A stretch of DNA of 64,000 bases from Antedon mediterranea (taxonomy: Eukaryota; Animalia; Echinodermata). Below the pieces are notes generated by a model. The model worked only from the letters and a program-made list of their open reading frames with translations, did no database searches and had not been told where the DNA came from. This document shows, piece by piece, positions 1 through 13,170 of this stretch. The DNA lies in contig NC_092675.1 of the NCBI RefSeq assembly GCF_964355755.1, positions 21,734,912 through 21,798,911 on the forward strand, written 5' to 3'. Positions within the stretch are counted from its first letter, which is position 1, and each line of letters starts with the position of its first letter. Made by a program: the position numbers and the translations under genes.

Positions 1-269
1 TTGGATTTCACTTTAATTTGGCATGAGTGCCATAATTAACAAACAATCAGAACATAATAAGGTACAATTATTATTTTAAAAAACAAGGACATTCACGACG
101 CACATAAAGAAACTATTTATAGAAGAGTTATAATTGATATAAACAACAGAGATATCATGCGTCATATGTTCTGAATCAGTACGATTTACGTTTGTTTTTT
201 GGTTTTTTTTTCCATTAAGAAGATGATGTCATTGACATATATAATAGCTATATTTATTTTGTCCTTCAG

Positions 270-338
270 GAGAATCTATTATTGGATGAGGAGCAGAGTT
301 TGAAGTTGATTGATTTCGGGTTAGCTGCAAAACCAAAG
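270..338 (+). CDS. MELK: MELK internal exon (kinase domain, ENLLLDEEQSLKLIDFGLAAKPK); earlier exons lie upstream of the window
   Basis: cag|GAG acceptor and AAG|gt donor; 69 nt, phase 0; DFG motif; splices in frame to the next exon. Confidence 0.92.
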
Positions 339-1131
339 GTAATGAATCTTTGTTTTGGGTCTTTGATGTACTCGTAATTCTTTATGTCATTGTTACGTGA
401 CTAAACGTGTGATAACGTGTGTTGTACAGACGTTGATGCAAAAACAGATATAGCAAAGCTAGTAAATAGATCAATTAAAACATTGAAAACGAATTAATAT
501 TTATCAGAATCAAAGTAGTCTATGATAATGATAAGTTTTGTTCACTTTTTAAATGTTATACTAATAATATAAGATAGAAAGGAATAAATATTTATAACCG
601 AGCCTAATGCTAGACTGAGGGTACGTGTAATAATTATAAATGTACTTTTTTTTTAGTTGCATAATGTGCCCTAGGTTGTAGATTTTTAGGTTTATCTCCA
701 ATTTGTGTAATGTCATTTGTGATTCGAGTGATAAGAACAAATTTCATTGATCCATGACTGCTTACGGGAATACAATGAACATGCACAACAAACATTAGTT
801 TCAAGACGGTAGATGAAGAGGATGATAATTTAACAGACCATGACGTTTGTGGAATGTGGACAGAATACATGCCCCACTTATCATGGTCTGTTAAATTACT
901 CCTCATCCCAAAATTTAGGTTCGCTATTAAGAAAAGGAAAAATTTATGGAAAATATAGAACCAATTAATAAATTCTATCAGAAAGTAGTATATTGCAGAA
1001 CAGACCCTCACTGAATCATACACGTCTCCTTGTTTTATAATAAATGTTTTAAAAATATCAGAATATGGATTAAATAACACATTTCTTTATATGCAATATC
1101 ATTGCTTTAATATTTATAACATTTTTTATAG

Positions 1132-1404
<273 letters not shown>

Positions 1405-2222
1405 TAGATATACAGAAAGTCTGAAATTAAGCATGATATCCCTGTTCTTGAATCTCAATTTTTGCGGAAATTAAGATTTTGTCAGAAGTATCGTGGAAAC
1501 AATGGTTATGTTTTTAGTTGCATCAGCCAATTAGAAAGCAGAACATTGTTTTGACCAAATGACCTAATTTATTTTACCAGTACTAATATTTGTTATTTGA
1601 TGCTATATTAAGACAAACTTTTGAAACCACAACCAGAATGAAATTTTATCCATGTCCAGAAATGAAAGAGACATTGTCATCATCATCTTTATCATCTTTA
1701 ATGTCACGTAATTTTAAATAATTTTCATTAAAGCAATTAATTAGAATTAATTAATTAAAAATATTTTTGAAAATACATAAAAGACAAATGATTTTGTGTC
1801 TAGGATTATGTTCTGATTCTAAAAGAATATCGATAATGATTCCAAACTGAATATTTTGGAATTTAAAAACGAAATATTTGCAGAAACTGAATGCACTTAG
1901 TTATGCCCTGCAGCGTGTGCATCTAGTCTATAGTTATTTGATTTGTTACAATGATTGCAGCAATAATCAAAACTACTTAGGGGATTAAAGCGAATTTCGC
2001 TTTATATAAGAACAATCTACCTATATTTATTTTTCATTTACTCAACTTGATTGTCTAATTATTCATTGAGATTGAAAATATATAGAAATTGCATTATGGG
2101 GCTTAGAGTGGGAGTTATATATAAAGGCAATTTGTACATTTTTAATTGAGCCTCCCACACAATGAAAATACTATACCATATGTGTAAAAATCATGCAAAT
2201 CATGGAAATCATTGCATATGTC

Positions 2223-2546
2223 CAAAGAACTTATAACACAAGAATCTCCTGTTCTTCAATTTGCATTCAAAACACAGTATCAGAAGTACAGGGTTAAAAG
2301 GTCAAACTGGGCGACGCCATTTCACAGCATGGAGCAGCGCCCCCTCCAAACTAGGAAGTCAATTACTCTATCCCCCCTAGAGTATTAGCAGATCCCCTCT
2401 ATGATTTTGACTTTCTAATTTGATGCGGGCGCCCTACTCCATGGCTCAAAATGGCGCCACCCATAGCTCTATTCTATCCCACAATGCCTTTCGAAATTGT
2501 TACGCGCTTCGGACGAACAGGAGATTCTTGTGTTATAAGTTCTTTG
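2223..2546. mobile_element. MITE, P-element-like, in a MELK intron
   Basis: About 32-bp perfect TIR CAAAGAACTTATAACACAAGAATCTCCTGTTC; 7-bp direct repeat ATATGTC at 2216-2222 and 2547-2553. Confidence 0.8.
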
Positions 2547-2900
2547 ATATGTCTCAATACAGACGTATCAAACCATTTCCCAAACATTTGTGTCTATATT
2601 ATCTTTGCTGAACATTAATATTTTATGATTGATAGTCACCTCATTTTGCTTGTAGAGTTCATTAATCAACATTGGACATTATCAGAACCTAATACGCCTG
2701 ACCTTATTAGGTGACCATAACATATGAATATTTTACTGTAATTCGACACTATTCAAAATTGATCGTGTTAAGTGGATTTACAAATTTGTGGATTCACAGC
2801 TTTAGTTGATTGCATTCTGTGCTTGAAGCGCTAATGCTTTTTTGTATTTGTATCTGTAAATGAATTAGAGATTGAGAGTTTTATATAACATGTGCATATC

Positions 2901-3230
2901 GTCTTTAATAGGTTAATCCCAAACTGATAGATTAGCAGCGTGTTTAAATAACACGGGAATATTTTCTTTAATAGGTTAATCCCAAATGATAGATCACCTA
3001 GTTAAAACTTACATATCTTCTTCAATTAATTAATCCCAACATGATAGATCTTTGGTATAATAGTCCATGACATAGGTTAATCCCAAAATGACAGATTAAC
3101 AGGTAGTTTAAATATCACCTTTATATCCTCTTTAATAAATTAATGCCAAAATAGTATAGATTAATCAGATAATTAATGTAACCCCTGTATAGTAATCTTT
3201 TATAACTTAATCCCAATGATATACATTATG
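2901..3230 (+). repeat. Degenerate 55-65 bp tandem repeat derived from the MELK exon acceptor (ATAGGTTAATCCCAAA)
   Basis: Six units near 2904, 2966, 3021, 3071, 3131 and 3201 resemble the true junction ttatag|GTTAACCCCAAA at 3272. Confidence 0.7.
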
Positions 3231-3271
3231 TTCTTGTTTATATAAATTCTTGTATATATTTTCTTTTATAG

Positions 3272-3457
3272 GTTAACCCCAAACGGCGAATTACAGTGAG
3301 CAAATTAATTGAACATCCGTGGGTGACCAAAACTTTCAAGACACAAGTTGACTGGAAAACGAAGTGCAGTAAAGCACAAATCAATGAAGACTGCATATCA
3401 GAGATGGCACATTACTATGGTAAAACAAAGAAAGAGATGCATGCTCAAGTCAAACAG
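3272..3457 (+). CDS. MELK: MELK exon (VNPKRRITVSKLIEHPWV, start of UBA)
   Basis: tag|GTT ... CAG|gt, 186 nt, phase 0. Confidence 0.92.
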
Positions 3458-3847
3458 GTAAATCTTTTGAAAATGAATATTACATATGTAACTGCCAATT
3501 ATGTATCTGAAGTGGGCCAAACATAAAAAAATAGAGGGTGCTGTTAACAAAAAATCTCTGGCATCAGAATCTCTAGTTAACAATTGGTATGCTAATAGCA
3601 TAGTATGGTATCAAATTAATTCATCAACAAAACCCTTTTTGTAGTTGCTTTCAGTCAACGAAAAGTAGTTTAGTATCTGAGCCAAGATAGTAAATTTGTG
3701 CATTCAGGAGACATTACAGCATTAGCAAGAAATTGGAGATCTACAAATATTAAGGAACTCTGAAATATTGCTTTTCATATGAATATAGTTAAGTCTTATT
3801 TATGAATGAATTCGATGACAACAAAAATATCTTGTTTTTATCCACAG

Positions 3848-3949
3848 TGGCAATATGATGAAGTTACAGCAATTTATTTCATGTTGTTAAATAGAATGTA
3901 CAAGGGTGAGAGCATCAAAATATTACCAAAGACTCCTCCTACAGAAAAG
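3848..3949 (+). CDS. MELK: MELK exon (UBA, WQYDEVTAIYFMLL)
   Basis: cag|TGG ... AAG|gt, 102 nt; matches the MELK WQYD..TA.Y.LL motif. Confidence 0.9.
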
Positions 3950-4278
3950 GTATGTACAACTTATGTTATGTTTTAGTATTTTTTTTTTTACTTCTGAAAA
4001 GTTAGTATAAACAAAATGATGATGTTGCCCAAGAAAATCTAGGACCATTTATTTTTTTTTTGGTGAAGGAGAGGTCAGAATGACCAATGCAAATGGCAAA
4101 ACAGCTAGAGATCAACTGAAACCCCATCTCTCCATCTCTTTGCTTAAGTGGCAAATCAGAAATGGCATGATACAGTTTCCTAAACTAATCTACATGTTTG
4201 TTTATAATATTCATTAGGTTCACAGTGTGAAAGATCTTATTTGATATTAGTTGCTAAAAACAATTTATTTTCTTGCAG

Positions 4279-4739
4279 AAATTACAAAATCATCACAATT
4301 CAAGTGATAGCATTAGGCGCAAACATTCAAATCTTGAACCTCCAACTAGTAGTCCTTACATGTTCAGCTCAATGGAGGATGGACTTGAAGATGTTGAATC
4401 ATTTCGATTACAAACAAATACACATCGTAAAGTTGAAAGAACTAATCGTAGATATGAACCGAATCACGGGACATATATGAAACCAGTACAAGATAAACGA
4501 TACAGTGTACCGCAAACTCAGCAAGAAAACTTTGATGATTTTCTGAAACCTTATCCGGTAAAAACTCCTAGATGTCGCAGTCGTAGTGATGCATCATCTA
4601 AAGTAAAGAAAACGCCAATAAAACAACCGGTTGTTCCTACGTTATCATTACCTATATCGTCAGTTGGAACACCTGCCAAGTCTATGGACAATTATTTAAG
4701 TTTAATTCCAAATACAGAATATCCTTTAGATATTAAAAA
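4279..4739 (+). CDS. MELK: MELK exon (TP-rich linker)
   Basis: cag|AAA ... AA|gtaagt; open frame; phase 2 matches the next exon. Confidence 0.85.
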
Positions 4740-4772
4740 GTAAGTAAATATATAAACTATTTTAACTTAGTA

Positions 4773-5508
4773 CTGTTTTTCCGGAACCACCCATTATTGC
4801 ATTTCGTAGACCTCCCAACCTTCGTGATATATTAGTCAGATCCAAATTTAAGAGTGAAATTAACTCTCATGACGGCCAAAATTAAGACAGTCACCTTTGC
4901 GGCAAATCTTGCAAAACTTGTTCATTGGTTGATTCTACTAAAAAATTTAAGAGTAACCAAACTGGCCGCATTTTTCAGATAAGACAACAATCAATTAATT
5001 GTCTAACCAAAAACGTCATTTATCTCATATACTGTAATATTTGTGGTAAACAGTACGTCGCGGAAACAAAAAACACTCTCCATACTAGAATGACACAACA
5101 CAGATCACCTATCAAAACATCAAAGCTTGATCAACCTTTTAACAACATTTTAATTCAGCTGGTCACTCGATTGCAAATTTCAGAGTTATTGCAATAGACC
5201 ACGGTGTCAAATGGAGCAACAAAACTCGCAAAGACAAAGAAAACCAATGGGAATTACTACTTAAAACCACAAAACCTTTTGGACCTAACATTAGGAACAT
5301 ACTCCCAGATCGGTAAAATTATTCCGTTGACTTTATCCAAATTCCTTCACTTGCACTGATGAAGGGCTAGTGTTGCCCAAAAGCTCTGCTAACTTTTCTG
5401 GCTGTTTTACTTTATCGTTTTGATTTAGTGTTTCCCTTTTTTTTTTGTATCTCCATTGAGATCCAGCCACTGATACCCACAGCAGTAATTTGCCTTTGGA
5501 TTTATATT
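4773..5508 (+). mobile_element. Penelope-like retroelement 3' fragment (GIY-YIG endonuclease plus terminal region), decayed
   Basis: FPEPPIIAFRRPPNLRDILVRSK, then NCLTKNVIYLIYCNICGKQYVAETKNTLHTRMTQHR; frameshifted; the tail recurs at 60371-60535. Confidence 0.88.
5351..5392 (+). ncRNA. Degenerate Penelope-type minimal hammerhead ribozyme
   Basis: TTGCA-CTGATGA-A-GGGC-loop-GCCC-AAAA(for GAAA)-GC-TC-TGCTA, just downstream of the GIY-YIG ORF. Confidence 0.6.
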
Positions 5509-5689
5509 AGATCATAATTTTTTTATTTTTTTTTGTCATCATCAATATCATCTTCATCAACATCTTTATTTTCAAGATAGTTGTAAATATTGCTCATTGT
5601 GTATACTTTTGAAAATTATTACACCTGTCCAATCTCTCTACTTTTACAACCATACAAATTGTTTTCAAACTCATAATGTATTTTTGTAG

Positions 5690-5876
5690 AGCTGTGTCTA
5701 TGGAAGGAAATCTGGATAAAATGGCCATGTTAGAAGATGATAACCTACTCAAGTCCAACTCTGGTTCAGGCTCAGCCAAAAAACTTCTAGGCAGTTTTGA
5801 AAAGGGAATTAACAAGATTATTGGAACATTAACTCCACGAAAATACTCAACGAGTGATGGACCACGTAAAGTTAAG
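5690..5876 (+). CDS. MELK: MELK exon (GSAKKLLGSFEKGINKIIGTLTPRK...DGPRKVK)
   Basis: tag|A GCT ... AAG|gt; conserved pre-KA1 motif. Confidence 0.9.
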
Positions 5877-6360
5877 GTATGTATAGTAGGAAAAATACCG
5901 ATCAGTAATGATTGATTTACAAAATACAGAACATGATTACAAAGTGAAGAAAATATGAATGCCAGGATAACCAATCAAGTCTGGTTTATCACCAATGGGG
6001 TCCATAAGAATTGTTGTTTTTATGGAGAATGAATAGTATGGTCAAATATAAACCGAAAAAAAATGAAAGAAAAATGACATAGTCACATACACAAAATTCA
6101 TTTAAATAATTGAAGAAAGTATCAAATTGATGTATAGTAAATTGTAAATACAGTAAAACTGTTGTTATCCCAACAAAGTGTCACTTTAATAAGGATATCT
6201 CCTGAATATTGGTGTCCTCTGAATGACATGAAAGTGTATACAAGTGTCCCCTGAATAAGGATCTCCTGAAAAAAGGATTATACCTCAAATGTCAAATAAA
6301 GTTCAATATTACTTGCCTAAAAGATATTTTTTTAATTGAAATAATTTTTATTCTCCTTAG

Positions 6361-6464
6361 GGTTTGTACAGTGTATCAAATACTTCAACATATCCCGCTG
6401 ATTTTGTTCTAGAAGAATTAAGAAATACAATAGAACAACAAGAGATACTATGCAAACAAAAAGG
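6361..6464 (+). CDS. MELK: MELK exon (KA1 domain, first part)
   Basis: tag|GGT TTG TAC ... AAA GG|gt; GLYSVSNTS...CKQKG. Confidence 0.9.
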
Positions 6465-6752
6465 GTATGGTTATGATTTCTTCCTTGATTTACGATTATT
6501 TTTTTTTCAAAAAAAATTGAAACCGGTGTAAGAATTATGTTGTATTAGCTTCAGCGTTGGTTTAAATAACTTGAGTATTTTATTTTTTTTCCTGTAAATA
6601 GCTTATTCTATGTTACCTTATAATTTATGGGTACTAGAATTTTTTCCTTATTTTTTACTCACAATTTCTGATTTTACTAGACTGCACCACATTTTTGGAG
6701 TGCCACATATTCAAACGTGAATAAAATATCAAAACTATTTTTTTTTCTGCAG

Positions 6753-6933
6753 ATATACACTCAGGTGTAAAAAGATGGATGATCGAGGCAAGACACGTTT
6801 GGCCTTTGACCTTGAAGTTTGCCTTCTACCAAAAATGGACAACATGGTCGGAATTGCACGGAAAAGATTACGCGGTGATACGTGGGACTATAAAAGGATC
6901 TGCCAAAGGGTTTTAGATGCTGCGAAAATTTAG
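6753..6933 (+). CDS. MELK: MELK last coding exon (KA1, YTLRCK...FDLEVC...RKRLRGDTWDYKRIC), stop TAG
   Basis: cag|A TAT acceptor in matching phase; canonical KA1 C-terminus; TAG at 6931-6933. Confidence 0.93.
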
Positions 6934-8020
6934 AATTTATAAAATGAAAGGAAAACAGATAAGACTAAATACTTCATTTTTCACTGACGAATTGCTAGAA
7001 TAATTGGTATAAATGATTGAACTGTTTTTTATGAATGAAATTTTACTGGTGTTTTATATAATTATATCCCAAATCTCGGTTTCATTTTAAGTGTATACAT
7101 TTATAACGTTTCTAAATATCTATGCATTTTATAAATTGTGACATTAAAAACTATTTTAATCCTGTCTTAATGAATGTTACTATTTTACGATCTATTCAAT
7201 TTTTATCAATTTATTGAACAATTATGGGTTTAACTTAAAATTGAATTGATATTGGCAGTTGGTTTATTACACCAATTAATAGTAGGAAGGTTTGTCTATA
7301 GCCTCTTTTCCGTTTTGAAGCTTACACCGCTATACAGAAAAATTGGCTTATTTAAAATTTGTTATTGAGTTCAAATTGTTTACTTCAAGTGTAAAACATT
7401 TTGGCAAAACAGTGGCCTTACATTAATATATTCAGCGTTATTAAAAAATGTGTAGTATTAAACAGGGATCTGGGTAAATGTTATAGTAAAAACTGCAACA
7501 ATAGTTTTCTGGTAATAACAATATTTTTGGAATTGTATACCAATTAAATCATTTTCATTTATAATCATTTTGTTGCATCTGTTGACAATTTCAATAAATT
7601 GTGCTTTATTAATTTCAATTATTTTCAAAGTAGTGTGACATTTTCAACTTTTTTATGGATTTTAGTTTTACATTGTTAACATTTTTTTTTTTTAAGTATT
7701 AACCCATACACTGTCAATTATTTAAGTTATACTGCTATTATTTTAGTATTTTTTCATTCTACTATTTATGTATAATATGTAAACTTTGTAAGCTGAGGAC
7801 ATTTTATACAGAACCAAAATTGATTTTAATATTTTATATAAAGGTTTTAAATTTCTCAGTGTAATTAATACAAAACCAAGTTTTTGGTAAAATTGTTTGT
7901 AAATGTTTAAAATTATTTAATTATCTGAGGTAGAGTGAATAGTTGAATGGAAAAACTAAGAATGCATGGATTTCTTTATGAAGTTTTGTAAATGGCATAA
8001 TATTTAAATATTTTTCAACA

Positions 8021-8500
8021 TGGTTATCTGCAGTAATCATGTAATCTGGTTTATTTGCAGTAATCATATAATCTAGTTTATTTGCAGTAATCATGTAATC
8101 TGGTTTATTTGCAGTAATCATATGATCTAGTTTATCAGGAGTAATCATGTAATATTGTTTCTGCAGTAATCATGTCATCTGGTTTATCTTCAATAATCTA
8201 GTTTATCTGCAGTAATCATTTTAGTATAGTTAATCTGCATTAATCTGGTTTATCTGCAGTAATTAAGTAAACTTGTTTATCTGCAATAATCTACTTTATC
8301 TGCTAGTAATCATGCACCTGGGGCTTTTTCTGCAGTAATCAAGTAATCTGGTTTATCTGCAATAATCATGTAATCTGTTTTAACTGCAGTAATCATGTAA
8401 TCTGGCTTGTCTGCATTAATCTAGTTTATCTGCAGTTATATAATCTGGTTTCTGTAAATCTACTTTATCTGTAGTTATCATGTAATATGATTTATCTGCA
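8021..8500. repeat. Minisatellite, about 27-bp unit GTTTATCTGCAGTAATCATGTAATCTG
   Basis: Many degenerate adjacent copies visible directly. Confidence 0.9.
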
Positions 8501-10837
8501 TTTAAAGGATTTGTGAATAACAATGTATATTACTTTTTTCACAATATTACAAACCATGTCTAAATATTTTTATGATCACAAAATTGTTTACCTTGTTTTC
8601 ATATTCACATTTTCACACTATTGAATGTGTGAATTTGTATGTACTTGCCTTAAAGTGTTATTATGTATATCTTACATTTGCTATTATATTAACACCGCAG
8701 AACACTTTGACTGAAATATTAATCAATAAAGCTATTATGGTCTCAAATGTAATAAATTTCTATTGCAACTTTCTCTGTTTTGCATTTTTGTTTTCTTTAA
8801 AAATCGTTTCTCAATAATAATTTTTATTTGATTTAATTTCTTTTTAAATAATGTTTTGTGAGTGGATCCATAATTATCTTATGCTTATAAATATAAAGAT
8901 GTCAGTGATGAAAGAAAGGAAGAAAGAAAGAAGGAAAGAAAAATAAATTACAGTTTATCATTTATCAAGACAATACATCTTTAAAAGTAGGTCTAATTTA
9001 AAGTAAATTAGCTAATAAGGCAGTTAGTTGACATCTCAGTGTTTATGACGTCATAATTCTGCATCTGCTTGAAGTACGAAAATGTTATCTTTATAGCTTT
9101 GTTTTCACCTATTGCATTAGTATATGCATGCACTTGATAGTTGGCTCAATAGTGCCAAACGATTTTCGTCGTAATATATGTTTGGTGTAATTTCAAAGGT
9201 CTTGAATTGGAGAATAAGAATATATACAGTAAAACCTATTTATGATATTGTGACGTTACTTCTGCGATTTCATAATTTACCGTAATTATGCCATTTCCGG
9301 TTGTGTGACGTAAATTTTCGGAATATAGCCGTATTTGGTAGCGAGGTTATTGATGTGTATGTGACGTTTACATCCCCGAGTATCGCACATTCGTACTTGT
9401 GTCTTGTAATAACTATGGAAAAGTAATTGTACTTTTTTTTCTGTAATGACTAAACATATTAATGCAGCTTACTGCCTGGTAACTCAAAGTAATCCTATAC
9501 CTGATAATAAAATAAGAACATGTAACTAAACAATTCCACCGCAAACAACCAACTATTATTCACCTGTGCTTGTTATTTAAATTTTGAGATCGGTCAAGTA
9601 TACATACAATATATGGATTGTAATAGGTACAGGTTTACGGAGTTTTAGGTAGACAGAGCAAGAAACGCAATACCTGCTGTAAGAAGGCCAAGAAGTTAGG
9701 TAAGCATTGAAATAGGCAGTTGACATATCAGTGAAGAACTTATAGAATATGAAGATGTCAGTGATGAAAGAAATAATTAAAGAAAGAAAAATAAATTACA
9801 GTTTATCATTGAGTGGTCTCGAGTTTCTCTGTGCCTATAAAAGTTATAGTGGTTTGTAAATATAAATTCGTACAGCCTTAGAAAAAATATAAACCGCTGA
9901 TTGATCCACAGCAGAAGCCCTCTTTTGGACACTCCTAGTGGATACTTTCATGTAAAATCAATGTTGGAAAAAGACTATGGTCAACTTCAGGGGGTAATCT
10001 TCTGTAGGTGTCCCCTCGATAGAGGTTCTACCTTACTTTAAATCAATTTATGAACTGTAAAGATGAGCAAATCTTTGAGAATAAGAAAATGATAGAGATT
10101 CAAAATACTGGCACTAAAGATAGGAATTGATTGATTTTAATAACAGGTCTCTATTAGGCCTATTACAGTTTAGTTTATTAATACTGACAGGTCTTTATTA
10201 CATTTTAGTTGAATATTTATGACGTAATTCACTTTTATGCATTTGTGTAATCTCGTAACATTACTTTTAAGTAGTTTGAATGTGATGGTCTTTCATTCTT
10301 CTTTTTCCTATATTCGTATATTGCTCAAGTTCGAGATTTTAAAGAAGTTTTTGTTTTCTGCGACACAACAGTTTTCCTGAATACTCTAGGTAACAGCTTA
10401 ATTAACGGTAATGTCTTTCGGTTAAGAATATTCAATTTATTTATATTTATAATATTATATATTATGAAGGAAATAAATATTATAAAGGAAATGAACTGTA
10501 GGTCTATTATAATGAGGTTTAAGAGTACGGTACATAATGTGAACAAAATGTAGGGTCTTTATTGGTATTAAAACGAACCTGTTTAATCAGTACCTGATTA
10601 AACGTTCCTATTGCTTTATAGAGCCTTTATGTATTATGTATTTAATTATAATAGGGACTAGCGTTACAAACATTTCGTTTTCATTAAACGTCACCAGTCT
10701 TTTCTCATCACTTTCACTCGTTCATAATACGATACGTTAATACCATAGATGCAGTTTACGAAAAAAATGATAGTAAAAATGAATGTATGATAATTTATTT
10801 ACAATTATTGTTCTTTTGGTTTAGAGAAGTCCTAAAC

Positions 10838-11018
10838 ATGGTTTCTGTTCAGAATGATGCAGTTTATTATATGAAAGGTCATAAGTTGCATTCATTGAAA
10901 ATGGGAAGATACAAGATTATGGAAGAATTGGCGAAGTCTGTGTTTGTGTCATCAGTGATCGAAAAAATGGATACTAAAGATACCAACATACGAAGTTTGG
11001 GAATCGGAAGCTCTAAAG
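10838..11018 (+). CDS. Histamine N-methyltransferase-like gene, copy 1, coding exon 1
   Basis: ATG 10838; SAM-binding motif I IRSLGIGSSKG; G|gt donor; exons of 181+324+356 nt give 286 aa with no stop. Confidence 0.88.
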
Positions 11019-11378
11019 GTATAACGTAAATTTAATAGCAGACGAAACGTTTATTTATTTTTGCTTTAGTTTTGAACGTAAATATACATTGTTTAGTGTG
11101 AAGTTGTGATAAGTTAGGTTATTTTAGGTCTACGATGTCTACCGTATAATTGCATAAACGTACACGTAAGATGATCACTATTACATCCTTATCTAACAAC
11201 AAATAAGCGTGATTTTATTAATCTTTATTTGTAATGTTTTTAGAAAGAATATATCTTTAATAGTAGGTCTAATTTAAAGTAAACAGCTGAGGCAGTTGTC
11301 ATGTCAGTGAAGAAGAGTGGGTCATATTTTTAAAGGCTAATAACGAAATCATTTTAAACGAAATAAATACATGTTTCT

Positions 11379-11848
11379 TGTTACGTATGTTTCCGAGCGG
11401 TTGAAAATACGTTAGAAACTTCCTTGTGACATAAAAGTATACACAAAAAATCCACAAAGTTGTACAATAACTCAAAACAAAGCTTTAATTTCAATCAACT
11501 TCAACTTTCAGTAAGCACTTTAAACAACAGCTTCACAATAACTTTTACAATCGAATATCCAACAACTAATATCCAACCTTCTTCAAAATAAATGCTTCAA
11601 TCAAAAATCCTTCTCCCTTCTTACAATTGTTATACTTCCCCTTATATACAATATGTTCATAACCTTCTAGATTATTCTTTATACTTCTTATTCTATTGGA
11701 TTACAGATTCTATTCATAGCACTTCTGGAATGTTCCTGATTGTTCTTAGTAATTATACATGGTTTCTTAAATCTAAACATACACTTATTCTAGAATGTTC
11801 ATGAAGACACTATGATACTGTATATGTTAGGAATGGTAATTTATTACA
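11379..11848 (-). mobile_element. Older solo LTR of the Gypsy family seen at 49774-52196, in intron 1 of HNMT-like copy 1
   Basis: Colinear with the LTR at 49774-50222; TG...CA ends; no clear TSD. Confidence 0.85.
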
Positions 11849-12201
11849 CGTAGGCCTACGAATACTGGTAACTTATGCTGATGGTTTGGCTTGTTGTCGT
11901 CGTCATTTAAGTTTAAAAGTTCAAGTTTTTGTCAAATACAAGATGTAAATGAAACTTGCTTGCCAAGGTTCTAAAAACATGATTAAAACATACAAAATAC
12001 TATAAAATTATATTACAAATGAAAAAGTCAAGTTTTAACAATACAGAACATTTTATCTTTTAAATTGCTAATTGTTGTATTGTCTAATTGGACATATATA
12101 ATACAGTTCTTGTTTTTACATTAGGAAAAAGAATGTTAGCAATAGCAATATCCTTGTATCTTAATCACATGATAATAATATAATCATACATTTTATCATA
12201 G

Positions 12202-12525
12202 GAGACATTGAAAGTATCTTTACTAAACAATTGTCAAATAACTTTGGAAAACTTGGACACACAGCTATTGAACCAGCTGAGGAAGCCATTGCGGAATACA
12301 AAAGACTTACTGCAAAGAACAACTGGAGCAACGTAGACTATTCTTGGTTTCATGGTACATTTCAGCAGTTTAAGGAAAATCTTGAAAACGAAGAAAATGC
12401 TACGAAATATCACCATATCAGCTCTTTAGATTCTGTCTATTACCTTGAAAATCCAGAAGACGATATTCTATTTATGTACAATATGCTAGAAAATGGCGGG
12501 ATGTTGATGATCATGCTTGATTCTG
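12202..12525 (+). CDS. HNMT-like copy 1, exon 2
   Basis: tag|GA ... TCT G|gtaag; IEPAEEAIAEYK, NVDYSW and SLDSVYY align with HNMT VEPSAEQIAKYK, NVKFAW and MIQMLYY. Confidence 0.9.
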
Positions 12526-12814
12526 GTAAGTCGCGATATGTTTGCAATATATGATTTTTATCATTTGTCTGCCCGTAATGGAGAGTTGAATTTATTTTGT
12601 TTAGTTGTTAAGTGAAACAACCAATCTATTACGATGGTCCCCGTAAATAAATGTTAAATTTGGAATTCGGTGGTAAGCGTGGCAAACATGATCCATTTCG
12701 ATCGATAGGCTGACCTGTCTGTAGGCTGTAGGCCTATTATAATAAAAGTATCCTTTTTTAGGCACAATTTTAATTACCTCATATTTTTCCAGCTTATATT
12801 AATTTTTCTTACAG

Positions 12815-13170
12815 ATGAAAATTCATATTCCAGACTAGCACAACGTTTTCCAGAATACATACGGTTAAAGTGCATTTCTTCCAAAGAAGTCATTGCCATA
12901 TGTCAACAATGTAAATTTGAATTCCAACATTACCACCACGAGTGTAATTCTGACATAACAGACTTCTTTTTATCGAATATTCTCTCGGCGGAAGAAAAGA
13001 TTAGGCTAGATTTCATTATGCAAACGGTAGATTTCAAGGAAAATGTCTCAGAGAGTTTCTATAAAGAAGTAATTAATTACATCAAAAGTTCGCACTGCTC
13101 AAAATTATACGATGGCAAAGTATTGCTGAAGAATGACTTTGATGTTATATTTATTCAAAAGAAATGTTAA
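12815..13170 (+). CDS. HNMT-like copy 1, exon 3 (not in the ORF track)
   Basis: cag|AT GAA; open to TAA at 13168-13170; ends DGKVLLKNDFDVIFIQKKC, similar to HNMT EGKVLFNNTLSFIVIEA. Confidence 0.88.

Noticed and set aside
8021-8500. Possible CRISPR array, and ORF 7921-8148 (MITANKPDY repeats)
   Set aside because: Adjacent degenerate repeats with no unique spacers and no cas genes, in eukaryotic DNA; the ORF is the translated minisatellite
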